This document shows, piece by piece, positions 41,491-55,096 of a DNA stretch of 64,000 bases. The position numbers and the translations under genes were made by a program. Below the pieces are notes generated by a model, which had not been told where the DNA came from, did not search any database, and saw only the letters and a list, made by a program, of their open reading frames with translations. Position 1 is the stretch's first letter; the number at the start of each line of letters is the position of its first letter. The DNA is from a bacterium. Lineage in GTDB: Bacteria > SM23-31. The stretch lies in contig OZ252239.1 in the NCBI GenBank assembly GCA_965249485.1, positions 672,001 to 736,000 of the forward strand. Reading direction: 5' to 3'.

Positions 41491-41534
41491 AAAAAATCTC
41501 CAATATATTTGAGTTTATTATATTATTAACAATT

Positions 41535-42542
41535 CTATTGATTCATAATTTGTTCGATCAGCTTCATTCCGCCAACCCGCGTAGCGTATTTCTCATAGAC
41601 TGGTTGAACAGCTTCTACGAATTGCTCTCTATCGATGTTAAAAAACTCCATTCCAAATTCTTCAAGCTGTTCCCGTGCTAATGCATCAAACGTTTCATCG
41701 GCTTCCCGTGCAGCCAGTTTCGCTTCTCTGCCTGCATTAAGGATAGCTGCCTGAATGTGCAGCGGATACTGATCAAACTTATTCCGGTTAAACACAAATG
41801 GTGCAGGACCTATTGTATGCTTTGTAAACGTTACATATTTCGATACTTCATAAAACCGCTCCGCCAGAAGATCAACGGAACTGCTTTCTGCTCCTTCGAT
41901 CACTTTCATCTGCAGTGCTGAATAGAGCCCACCCCACGCCATGTTTGTCGCCTGCGCACCGAATGCATTAAATGTATCAAGCAGTATGGGGCTTCCCATA
42001 ACGCGGATCTTCAGGCCATTAAAGTCTTCCAGTGACGTAATAGGGCGTTCGTTGTTCCATACATTCCTCGTTCCGATTGTCATATAGTCGATAAAGACAC
42101 AATTAAGATTTTTCTCTATTGCTCTCCCCACCAGCCGCCCGACTGAACCGTCGAGCACGGAATAACAATGTTCGATATCACGGAAGATAAATGGCAGATT
42201 AAACAGGTCAAGTTCAGGCACAAGAGGCGCTGTATTGCCCGCAGAAACGACGGTAGCGTCGAGTGTACCAAGGTTGACCGCCTGGATCAATTGACCTTCG
42301 TTGCCGAGCTGTCCATATGGAAAAATTGATACTTCAACTTCACCGTCAGTTTCTGATTCAAGTGCCTCTTTGAACCGTTCCATTGCATGCACATAGGGAT
42401 GGTTCCCCTTCGCATCATGGGCGACGGTAATAACGATTTTCTCTTGCGTGGAAGCTTCATTGCCGGTTTCCGGTGATCCACCACCGCAGTAACCGAATAG
42501 TGTTGAAACGGTGTAAAACAAAAAGAGTATACGGATTTTCAT
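41535..42542 (-). CDS. dctP: TRAP transporter substrate-binding protein DctP
   Basis: FP.GQLG.E, NLPFIF, DFNGLKIRV (conserved Arg), LYSALQ..VI.G.E. Confidence 0.93.
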   Translation of the reverse strand: MKIRILFLFYTVSTLFGYCGGGSPETGNEASTQEKIVITVAHDAKGNHPYVHAMERFKEALESETDGEVEVSIFPYGQLGNEGQLIQAVNLGTLDATVVSAGNTAPLVPELDLFNLPFIFRDIEHCYSVLDGSVGRLVGRAIEKNLNCVFIDYMTIGTRNVWNNERPITSLEDFNGLKIRVMGSPILLDTFNAFGAQATNMAWGGLYSALQMKVIEGAESSSVDLLAERFYEVSKYVTFTKHTIGPAPFVFNRNKFDQYPLHIQAAILNAGREAKLAAREADETFDALAREQLEEFGMEFFNIDREQFVEAVQPVYEKYATRVGGMKLIEQIMNQ

Positions 42543-42855
42543 AATGAGTCCTCACAAATACTAGCAGTCGAAAATCTTAATTATTGATTGGATCTGATAT
42601 GGAGAATATTGTGGTACGGTGTAATTAATAGTAAACTTTCAATATATAAAATTATTGACTGAATCCATAATAAAATCACGCATAATCACCGTAAAGTCCT
42701 TATTGTATAAAGCATTGGATTCAATGATTGAATCGCATTAAAGAAGAATATTGTTGAGGGTTTAAGATAATGAAGATAAATTTTTCCGTTACCAGGAAAA
42801 CCAATAGTTTGCTTTCATTGAGACTTTACTTATTCAGTAAGACGATGTAAATGTA

Positions 42856-43014
42856 TGCTATTATGACACCATATTGTCAATAATGACACATTATAGTGCC
42901 AATATGGCATAATTCAATAACAGCTCTCATTTTCATAAGTGATTCTCACGATGCCGTAACTGCAATAATATCTATACTTTAAATATTTTATTAATGTTTT
43001 GGCACGCGGTTTGC
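42856..43014 (+). promoter_or_regulatory. sigma54 promoter of the hsp20 pair with three phased upstream palindromes
   Basis: TGGCAC-GCGGT-TTGC at 43000-43014; TGCTA-3-TGACA (42856), TGTCA-4-TGACA (42875), TGCCA-3-TGGCA (42897). Confidence 0.75.
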
Positions 43015-43078
43015 CTAATATTGAATCGAAAGCGAAAGTCAAAAACGCCAAACAAATAAACTCGTGGAGGAATAAACA

Positions 43079-43522
43079 ATGGCACTAGTAAAATGGAGAC
43101 CGGCCCGTAACGCAAGTTTTTTTGAAAATTTCGAGGAATTAACGCATGACTTTTTTCCAGTGAACTATTTTGGGCATAATGACCAGATAAGAAGCTGGAC
43201 ACCGAATGTTGATGTCTCCGAAACGGAAAAATCTTACGAAATTACTGCGGAGCTTCCTGGAGCAGTCAAAAAAGAGATAGATGTTGCCTTTCGTGACGGT
43301 GTAGTGACGATCCGCGGTGAAAGAAAAGATGATAAAAAAGAAGAGCGGAAAAAAGACGGTTATTACCGTAGAGAATCCCGGTATGGATCGTTTGAGCGCT
43401 CCTTCAGATTTGCGGAAGATGTAAAAGGAGACGATATTTCGGCAACATTCAAAAACGGGATTCTGAATATCAGTGTACCGAAAGAGGATGTCCCGGAAAC
43501 GCAAAAAATTGCAATTAAGTAA
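43079..43522 (+). CDS. Hsp20/alpha-crystallin small heat-shock protein
   Basis: P.VDV.E, ELPG, GSFERSF, A.FKNG.L.I.VPK, IAIK end. Confidence 0.95.
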   Translation: MALVKWRPARNASFFENFEELTHDFFPVNYFGHNDQIRSWTPNVDVSETEKSYEITAELPGAVKKEIDVAFRDGVVTIRGERKDDKKEERKKDGYYRRESRYGSFERSFRFAEDVKGDDISATFKNGILNISVPKEDVPETQKIAIK

Positions 43523-43662
43523 CATGGAAACACTATTGGGATTGGGATAATAATAAAAGATATCATTTCAATGGCGATCCATTTTCGAATAATCAGAGCT
43601 GAGCAAAAAAATCCCGAACCATAATTTTATATTAATAAACTATAACAATAAAGGAGATCATC

Positions 43663-44094
43663 ATGTCACTTATACGATATAATCCAATCTATACTCCGAA
43701 TTTATTCGGAAATTTCGATTCATTTTTCAGTCGCCCTCGTCGGTACTATTCCGAAGACAGCGGCTCATGGACTCCGCATACAGATGTGGTTGAAACGGAC
43801 TTGGCTTACGAGCTGGAAGTGGAACTTCCCGGTGTTGAAAAGGGAGATATCGAACTCAGTGTTATAGAAGGAGTTCTGACGTTGTCAGGCGAACGAAATG
43901 CCGGTGAAGAGCGGAAGAACGAAAACTACCATATAACCGAACGGAGATTCGGGAAATTTAAACGGTCGTTCAGGTTATCCGACTCGGTTGAATCGGACAC
44001 TGTGTCGGCCGACTTCAAGGATGGAATCCTCTGGGTAACGGTACCAAAAAAAGAAGTGCTAGAGCCGGAAACGACACAAATTGCGATAAAATAG
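43663..44094 (+). CDS. Hsp20/alpha-crystallin small heat-shock protein (second copy)
   Basis: Same motif set; AAGGAG SD. Confidence 0.95.
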   Translation: MSLIRYNPIYTPNLFGNFDSFFSRPRRYYSEDSGSWTPHTDVVETDLAYELEVELPGVEKGDIELSVIEGVLTLSGERNAGEERKNENYHITERRFGKFKRSFRLSDSVESDTVSADFKDGILWVTVPKKEVLEPETTQIAIK

Positions 44095-44187
44095 CGTTTA
44101 AATAATAAAGCAGTGTGAACCAGAATCCGATACTGAGATTGTACTGGAAAGAGAAACGTTGAAAAACCTGTGGATTACATATCAGAA

Positions 44188-44223
44188 GCGGCGATACCAA
44201 TAAAGGGGGATCGCCGTTTTTTC
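44188..44223 (+). terminator. Intrinsic terminator after the hsp20 genes
   Basis: GCGGCGAT...ATCGCCGT hairpin plus T-run. Confidence 0.65.
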
Positions 44224-44407
44224 ATGCTGTTTTCTCAGAAGTAGAAGAGCGGTAGTTGGCGATTTTTCCCTACAAATCGGATAAAAACCAATATTCAAAA
44301 AAAATTTTCCGCCCATCAAATCTGCATAAGCCTTCATCAAAAGAGCAATTAACACACATCTGTGGATATTATGTGCATAACTTTATAAAAATTCTCTAAA
44401 AATAATA

Positions 44408-44475
44408 TTGACTTTTCTTTTTAATCTGGGTATATTGATTAGCTTTCCATTAAGAAAGCAATTGTTCTTTGAAAA
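44408..44475 (+). promoter_or_regulatory. rrn promoter and leader boxA
   Basis: TTGACT (44408), 17 bp, TATATT (44431); boxA-like TGTTCTTTGAAA at 44463; second boxA TGTTCTTTGACA at 46622 in the ITS. Confidence 0.75.
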
Positions 44476-44533
44476 TAAGGTGCAGGGTCCAAATACGTCA
44501 AGAAGTATTTTTACTCGATAGTTTCAAAAATTC

Positions 44534-46097
<1,564 letters not shown>

Positions 46098-46239
46098 GGG
46101 AGTACGGTGTTTTTCTCCTGCTCACGCTGTGAGAATACAACCGAGGTCAATCTTCTCGACCGGCACTCTGCACCTTTTCAAAGACAATTCAGTGACAGAA
46201 GCTATGGAAACTGATATTGCTTCAAAGCTGAATGCTTAT

Positions 46240-46315
<76 letters not shown>

Positions 46316-46498
46316 CACCGCGGGCTGCGGAGTTTCCAAAGGTCTGCAAAAAACACTAATGATCTATATCAGCATATTCAAAACTTCTCTGTAGTACGGA
46401 TTTCGAAAATCCATTCCACTTAGAGCGGAATTGAAAAGCAAACCCAATCTTTCTTACAGAGAATTAATTTTCGAAGTTCGTATCTGTAAGATCGGTAG

Positions 46499-46571
46499 GG
46501 GGCTATAGCTCAGCTGGGAGAGCGCCGCCCTTGCACGGCGGAGGTCACCGGTTCGATCCCGGTTAGCTCCA
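46499..46571 (+). tRNA. tRNA-Ala (TGC), CCA not encoded
   Basis: GGGGCTA/TAGCTCC stem with G3:U70, TT-TGC-AC-like loop (CT-TGC-AC), GGTTCGA. Confidence 0.97.
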
Positions 46572-46730
46572 CAAAGGAAAATAGAATAAACACGAAGGAT
46601 AACTTCCTGTTATTTTCCTGATGTTCTTTGACAATTGTTGTAACGGAAACGTGGCATCGTAACCGAATATAATATAAGTAATCTAGAGCCATTGGAGAGT
46701 AATCTCTTTGACGGTGATCGAAAATTGTTC

Positions 46731-49839
<3,109 letters not shown>

Positions 49840-50086
49840 GACACTTTTATTTATCATCGTAGAAGTGATCTGCTCGATCCGTCAAAAATAATGGCTCGTA
49901 TTCGGCGCCATGTTTCCAACAACAATTGTGATTATGTCTGTGTGCGTGCAATGACGTTCTAATTTCTGAGCGAGTTTGTTTTTGTTCATTGTGAGGAATC
50001 CCAAAACATCGGGACGTTGTGACAATCTCCGGATAGTAATTTGCACAATGCTCATTTTAGTGACACACACAGCATTCAAATCGAGT

Positions 50087-50204
50087 TTTCCGGTGGCTAT
50101 AGCGGAGGGGAAACACCTCTTACCATCCCGAACAGAGTAGTTAAGCCCTTCAGCGCCGATGGTACTGCTTCATTGTGATGTGGGAGAGTAGGTCGTTGCC
50201 GGGA
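50087..50204 (+). rRNA. rrf: 5S rRNA
   Basis: CCGGTGGCTATAGCG...CCATCCCGAAC...GTTAAGC...GCCGATGGTACTG...GGGAGAGTAGG...GCCGG. Confidence 0.97.
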
Positions 50205-50214
50205 TTTTTATTAT

Positions 50215-50247
50215 AACCCCCTGTCTGAAAAAGACAGGGGGTTTTTT
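50215..50247 (+). terminator. rrn terminator
   Basis: AACCCCCTGTCT-gaaa-AGACAGGGGGTT plus T-run. Confidence 0.85.
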
Positions 50248-50359
50248 ATTTTTCCTTGCGTTTGAGCAATATTTTCTCTAAAAATAATATGTTTCATATT
50301 GACTGTCCTAATTGTTTAACCTATAAATAGATTGCATCGCCTTAATCTCGGAGAAAACA

Positions 50360-50908
50360 ATGAAAAATATATTGATAGCAGCGCTATTGGGAGGACTTGT
50401 TCTCTTTATCTGGGGATTTGCACTCTGGATCGTGTTCCCTTTTCATGCCATGACGATGGACTCGCTTCCCGGCGGAGACGATGCCGTTGGTGATCTCGAC
50501 AAGTACATGCGGGGATCGGGCATTTATATTTTTCCCGGTTTTGACGAAGACCCCGAATATGCACAGGAAATATTTGCAACCGGTCCGGTTGTGTCGATCC
50601 TTGTCTACCGGGACGAAGGTATCGCCGACAATATGAACGTTACATATTTCGGCGGAATTGTGCTCAACATTCTGACAGCGCTCCTCCTGGCGATCATCTT
50701 GTTAAAAGTTGCACCGGTCTTAAAAAGCTTTGGATCGCGGGTATTTTTCGTAGTCCTCATCGGTTGTGTGCCGGCGCTCTCGGTCTTTTGTGCGAACTGG
50801 AATTGGTGGGGTTACCCGCTCGATTACACAATATCAACAATATTTGACCATGTTTCGAGCTTTACACTTCTCGGCTGTGTTCTCGCATGGCGGATAAAAA
50901 GTGAGTAA
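50360..50908 (+). CDS. Hypothetical membrane protein (about 4 TM)
   Basis: GGAG SD, hydrophobic helices, G.Y.FPG and WNWWGYP motifs. Confidence 0.75.
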   Translation: MKNILIAALLGGLVLFIWGFALWIVFPFHAMTMDSLPGGDDAVGDLDKYMRGSGIYIFPGFDEDPEYAQEIFATGPVVSILVYRDEGIADNMNVTYFGGIVLNILTALLLAIILLKVAPVLKSFGSRVFFVVLIGCVPALSVFCANWNWWGYPLDYTISTIFDHVSSFTLLGCVLAWRIKSE

Positions 50909-50938
50909 TACAAAAGTTATACGATTGAGAATTGCACT

Positions 50939-51880
50939 ATGAATATATTTATAGCTGGAGCAACAGGAGTACTTGGAAGACGGGTTGTGAAACAATGTAT
51001 TGATACGGGCCATTCGGTTGTGGGTCTCTGCCGCTCTGATGAGAATAGGCATACATTGAAGTTTTTGGGCGCGGAACCGCGTGAAGGTGACCTTTTTGAT
51101 GTCGGGTCTCTCTGGGACGCCGTGCAGGGTTGTGATGTAGTCATGCATCTCGCTACAGCTATTCCTAAAAAAACAATTGTCAAAAAGCGCGATTGGGAGC
51201 TTAATGACCAAATTCGGGTCGATGCAACAAAAAACCTTATAGAAGTTGCCCTCGCACACAAATGCCGACACTATCTTCAACAGAGCGTAACTTTTCTCTA
51301 TGGCAACAACGGTGATGAATGGATCGATGAATCGGCATCCGTCCCCAAAAAACAGTTTTCGTTCCTTCAATCTGCTTGTGAAATGGAATCAATTGTTATC
51401 GACCGTACGGAAAACGGCGGGCTGCCTTCCGTTATCCTTCGACTGGGATGGATGTATTCCACCGACGCATACCACATCACCAGCTTGATAGATTTAATGA
51501 AGAGTCGAATTTACAAAGGTATTGGAATCGAAGATCAATACTGGAGCCTGATTCATGCCGATGATGCGGCAGCGGCGTGTGTCAAAGCAATCGGACCAAA
51601 CAATCTTAACCACGGCAGTATCTATAATGTTGTCGATGATGAACCGGTCAGAATCGGTGAATTGATAAACTATATCGCAGAGACGCTCGGTATACAAAAA
51701 CCGGGAAGAACACCTGTTTTTCTGGCAAAAGCATTCCTCGGCTCCGAAGTGGTTGATTCTCTGATGGTCTCTGCCCGTATAAAAAATGATGCAGCCAAAA
51801 AAGATCTCAGGTGGGAGCCCATATATAAGACCTTCCGCGAAGGGTATACTGCTGTTATTAAAGATTTAAAACATTCCTGA
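50939..51880 (+). CDS. NAD-dependent epimerase/dehydratase family protein (atypical SDR)
   Basis: IFIAGATGVLG Rossmann motif, IHADDAA, YNVVDDEP. Confidence 0.9.
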   Translation: MNIFIAGATGVLGRRVVKQCIDTGHSVVGLCRSDENRHTLKFLGAEPREGDLFDVGSLWDAVQGCDVVMHLATAIPKKTIVKKRDWELNDQIRVDATKNLIEVALAHKCRHYLQQSVTFLYGNNGDEWIDESASVPKKQFSFLQSACEMESIVIDRTENGGLPSVILRLGWMYSTDAYHITSLIDLMKSRIYKGIGIEDQYWSLIHADDAAAACVKAIGPNNLNHGSIYNVVDDEPVRIGELINYIAETLGIQKPGRTPVFLAKAFLGSEVVDSLMVSARIKNDAAKKDLRWEPIYKTFREGYTAVIKDLKHS

Positions 51881-52040
51881 TTACAATAACGTTATAAAAT
51901 GAAACTCAATTTCTTATCGAAAACTATCCCCAATTATATCCTACTATTCTCCGTCAGAATTTTTGGTGGCTGTGTCTATATCTAAAAAAGAGTTGAACTG
52001 AAATGAAGAATAATCAAAATAATTCCGATATTGAAGCAAG

Positions 52041-53018
52041 ATGCTTCTCATGTGCCAACATATAAAAATAGTACCTCTCTGGCTTTATCTGCTTGCACTG
52101 GTCTTTCTGCTTCATCCTTTGAAAGTTCAAGGGCAACAGGAAACGGATATGCCTGAACTTTCTGCGGCTCAGTCTGCTCGCAAATCTATAATGTTTTACA
52201 ACGAAGGTGTCAGGCAGGAAAACCGTGGCAACATGTATCGCGCGGTTGAGATGTACGAAACATCACTCTCATATAATCCCGGCTACATCCCTACGCTTGA
52301 ACGGATGCATGATATGCTTGTCATGCAAGGGAAAGAAGATTCTCTCCGAACAGCTCTCGATGAAATGATTCTTGAGCAACCAGGATCGAATGTATTCAGG
52401 TATCTCCGTGCCCGGCTCACGGATATTGAAGAGGCGGATTCGGCGTTCCGTGATATTTCAGACGACGAATCTTTCTTTTATTGGGGTTATTTCGGATTGG
52501 GCCAGAACTATATCCGTCAGGGACGTTTTGAAGAAGCACGTGATGAATTCGAAAGAGTGATTGCGCTCAATCCGGCAATACCAGAAGCACAGCTCGGTCT
52601 TGGCATTGCTTATGATAATCTGGGAGATTTTGAAAAAGCAGAGCGCCAGTATGAAAAGACGCTCCTCATCAATGCTGATATTATTCCCGAAGCTTATTTT
52701 CATCTCGGTATGCTCTATTCGCTTAAGGAAGATACTGCGAAGGTAGTGGAAAACTATCGTACCTTTCTTGATCTTGTAAAGCAGGGACCGCAGGCTGATA
52801 TGGCACAGACTTACATCGATTCAATCGAAGCCGATCTACTCCGTGCTGCTATGCTGCAGCCGCAGCAGAAGAAGAAAAAGATTGATGCAGGCAGGGTTAC
52901 TTCCTTACTAATACACTTTACTTCTTACATATTTTCTACAAATACAACTCAGAGATTGCTATCACGCCCTCTGAATTTGGAACGCCTCGTATTGATAATG
53001 TTTATCCTTTCGATATAG
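52041..53018 (+). CDS. Secreted TPR protein (C-terminus possibly frameshifted)
   Basis: Signal peptide and several TPR helices; an alternative end AAAAAEEEKD* lies in another frame, stop at 52883-52885. Confidence 0.8.
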   Translation: MLLMCQHIKIVPLWLYLLALVFLLHPLKVQGQQETDMPELSAAQSARKSIMFYNEGVRQENRGNMYRAVEMYETSLSYNPGYIPTLERMHDMLVMQGKEDSLRTALDEMILEQPGSNVFRYLRARLTDIEEADSAFRDISDDESFFYWGYFGLGQNYIRQGRFEEARDEFERVIALNPAIPEAQLGLGIAYDNLGDFEKAERQYEKTLLINADIIPEAYFHLGMLYSLKEDTAKVVENYRTFLDLVKQGPQADMAQTYIDSIEADLLRAAMLQPQQKKKKIDAGRVTSLLIHFTSYIFSTNTTQRLLSRPLNLERLVLIMFILSI

Positions 53019-53021
53019 TAA

Positions 53022-53267
53022 ATAAAAAGCCCCCCACAAATGTGGAGGGCTTACTAGAGGTGTTTCGAAAAACATTTACTGCAACAACGTATCAGAATTC
53101 AGCACATCATGAATCACAGGCACAGAATAAACAGATGCAACAGGATCAGGAATCTACCGTAATAACAAGAATCACTATAATCATCACACCTCAATACTTT
53201 TACAATGGTCTTAAAAAAGGTATATGAATTCTCCCTTTCGCGGAAGGTATATACACTTTGCCTTGCG
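53022..53267 (-). ncRNA. Putative sigma54-dependent small RNA (about 245 nt)
   Basis: TGGTAT-ATAAT-TTGCT promoter (53293-53278), minus-strand terminator at 53022-53052, no substantial minus-strand ORF between them, internal AUUC(N)UG repeats. Confidence 0.45.
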
Positions 53268-53506
53268 TTGAGGAATTAGCAAATTATATACCAATGGTAT
53301 ATAACTGACAATATTTTTTGCAAATAATTTTATTTTGCCTGAACTCGGTCACACAATGTGTAAAATCGACGGATTCTTGCACGGGATAGGACATGAAATA
53401 CTATAATAAATTCTCAATATTGGCAGATACGTAAAGTCGTAATTTTAATATTTGGGAATAAACATTCTCCCTAATGAAAAAGAAAATAGATTGAGTGTAG
53501 AAAAGA

Positions 53507-55084
53507 TTAGAGAATCTCAACACTTTCCCCCGGATGGGGAACAACAACTTCATACCCTTCCTGCCTCAATTTTTCTGCAAAGGGCAGACTCTGCGTCTCC
53601 TCTCCGTGTACAAGAGCAATGCGCTTAATGGAAAGATTCGACTCCTTGATAATCTTCAGTAGTTCATTTTTGTCGCCATGCCCGCTGAATCCCCCCAGTT
53701 TGACCACCTGCGCTCGCAGCGGATATAATTTATCAAAAATTTTCACGAGTGGTTCAGGGCCGGGTTTGCTTTTCTGTGTCTCCTCTCCCAGCTCTTCAAT
53801 TTTTCTGCCAAGCGTATTCTGCGCCATATAGCCGACAAGAAGAATGGTGTTCTTCGGATTATGCACAGCATAGCGGAGGTGGTGCAGTATCCTACCTGAC
53901 TCACACATACCCGAAGCAGAGATGACAATATGTGGTGTTGTATCCCGCATCAAAGCCATCGATTCTTCAACACTCTGAACATAAGTCATTTTGGAAAAAG
54001 AAAACGGATTCTCACCCTTTTCGAGGAATGTCTTATGCGTGTCTTCATCATAGGTCTCAGGATGCTCCCCGAATACCTTTGTCATATTTACTGCAAGCGG
54101 GCTGTCAACATAGACAGGCATCTTTGGGACTTCACCCTTATCATATAATTCATGCAGGACGTACACGATATCCTGCGTCCTGCCGAACGCAAATACAGGT
54201 ATAATAATCGAACCACCCCTTGCATGGGTTTCCATAATAACTTTAGAAAGACGCCCGCGCAGATCGGCCACCGGATCATGTACCCGGTCTCCGTAGGTGC
54301 TTTCCATGACGAGCAGATCGATAGATCTGTCCTCTTCGTTGAAATCAAGTGTAGGATCCTTAATAATCGGTTTGTCAAACCGACCGATATCTCCCGAAAA
54401 ACAGACATTCCGGGTTAAACCGTTTTCCTTTGCTTTCATAATAGTCAGGGCAGAACCGAGAATATGTCCCGCAACATAAAACGTGCAGGTGCTGTTCGCA
54501 CCGATTGTTACCGGATGCTTAAACGGATAACCATCGAAATATTCCAGTGCCTCCTCAGCATCCTTTATCGAATAGAGCGGCTCGATTGAATCGAGATGGT
54601 ATTGTTTCTGATAGCGATCAATCGTCTCGGCATCGATACGGTGATTGTTTTTCTTGAGCAGCTTTTTGATCTCCTTCATTTGCCGTTTCGAAACCGGCTT
54701 ATTTCCGGGATCTTTTTTCAATGAGTAAAGGAATGACCGCACCGATTTGTAATTGAGATAATGCGCATCTGATTCCTGAATATGTGCGCTGTCGAGTAGC
54801 AGATAACGGCACGCATCGGCAGTTGGGCGGGTACATATTATCCGTCCCTGAAAATTGCTTTTCGTCAACATGGGAATTCTGCCCGAATGGTCGATATGGG
54901 CATGCGACAAAACCATATTGGTAAGAATCTGCGGATCAAACGGCAGTTGCCTGTTTTTTTGGTCGCATTCTTTTCGCCGTCCTTGATGCAGTCCGCAATC
55001 GAAGAGAATCCGGTCACTGTCGGTTGTCAACAAATGCATCGATCCGGTTACTTCCCGCGCTGCACCGTAGAATGTTATATACAT
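53507..55084 (-). CDS. Metallo-beta-lactamase/beta-CASP ribonuclease
   Basis: GAAREVTGS, SHAHIDHSG, AGHILGSA, SGDIG, MESTYG, FSGHGD, LVHGE. Confidence 0.92.
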   Translation of the reverse strand: MYITFYGAAREVTGSMHLLTTDSDRILFDCGLHQGRRKECDQKNRQLPFDPQILTNMVLSHAHIDHSGRIPMLTKSNFQGRIICTRPTADACRYLLLDSAHIQESDAHYLNYKSVRSFLYSLKKDPGNKPVSKRQMKEIKKLLKKNNHRIDAETIDRYQKQYHLDSIEPLYSIKDAEEALEYFDGYPFKHPVTIGANSTCTFYVAGHILGSALTIMKAKENGLTRNVCFSGDIGRFDKPIIKDPTLDFNEEDRSIDLLVMESTYGDRVHDPVADLRGRLSKVIMETHARGGSIIIPVFAFGRTQDIVYVLHELYDKGEVPKMPVYVDSPLAVNMTKVFGEHPETYDEDTHKTFLEKGENPFSFSKMTYVQSVEESMALMRDTTPHIVISASGMCESGRILHHLRYAVHNPKNTILLVGYMAQNTLGRKIEELGEETQKSKPGPEPLVKIFDKLYPLRAQVVKLGGFSGHGDKNELLKIIKESNLSIKRIALVHGEETQSLPFAEKLRQEGYEVVVPHPGESVEIL

Positions 55085-55096
55085 TTCGCCTCAGAT

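Noticed and set aside
53042..53227. 61-aa plus-strand ORF
   Set aside because: Starts inside a terminator hairpin with no SD and is antisense to the better-supported minus-strand unit.
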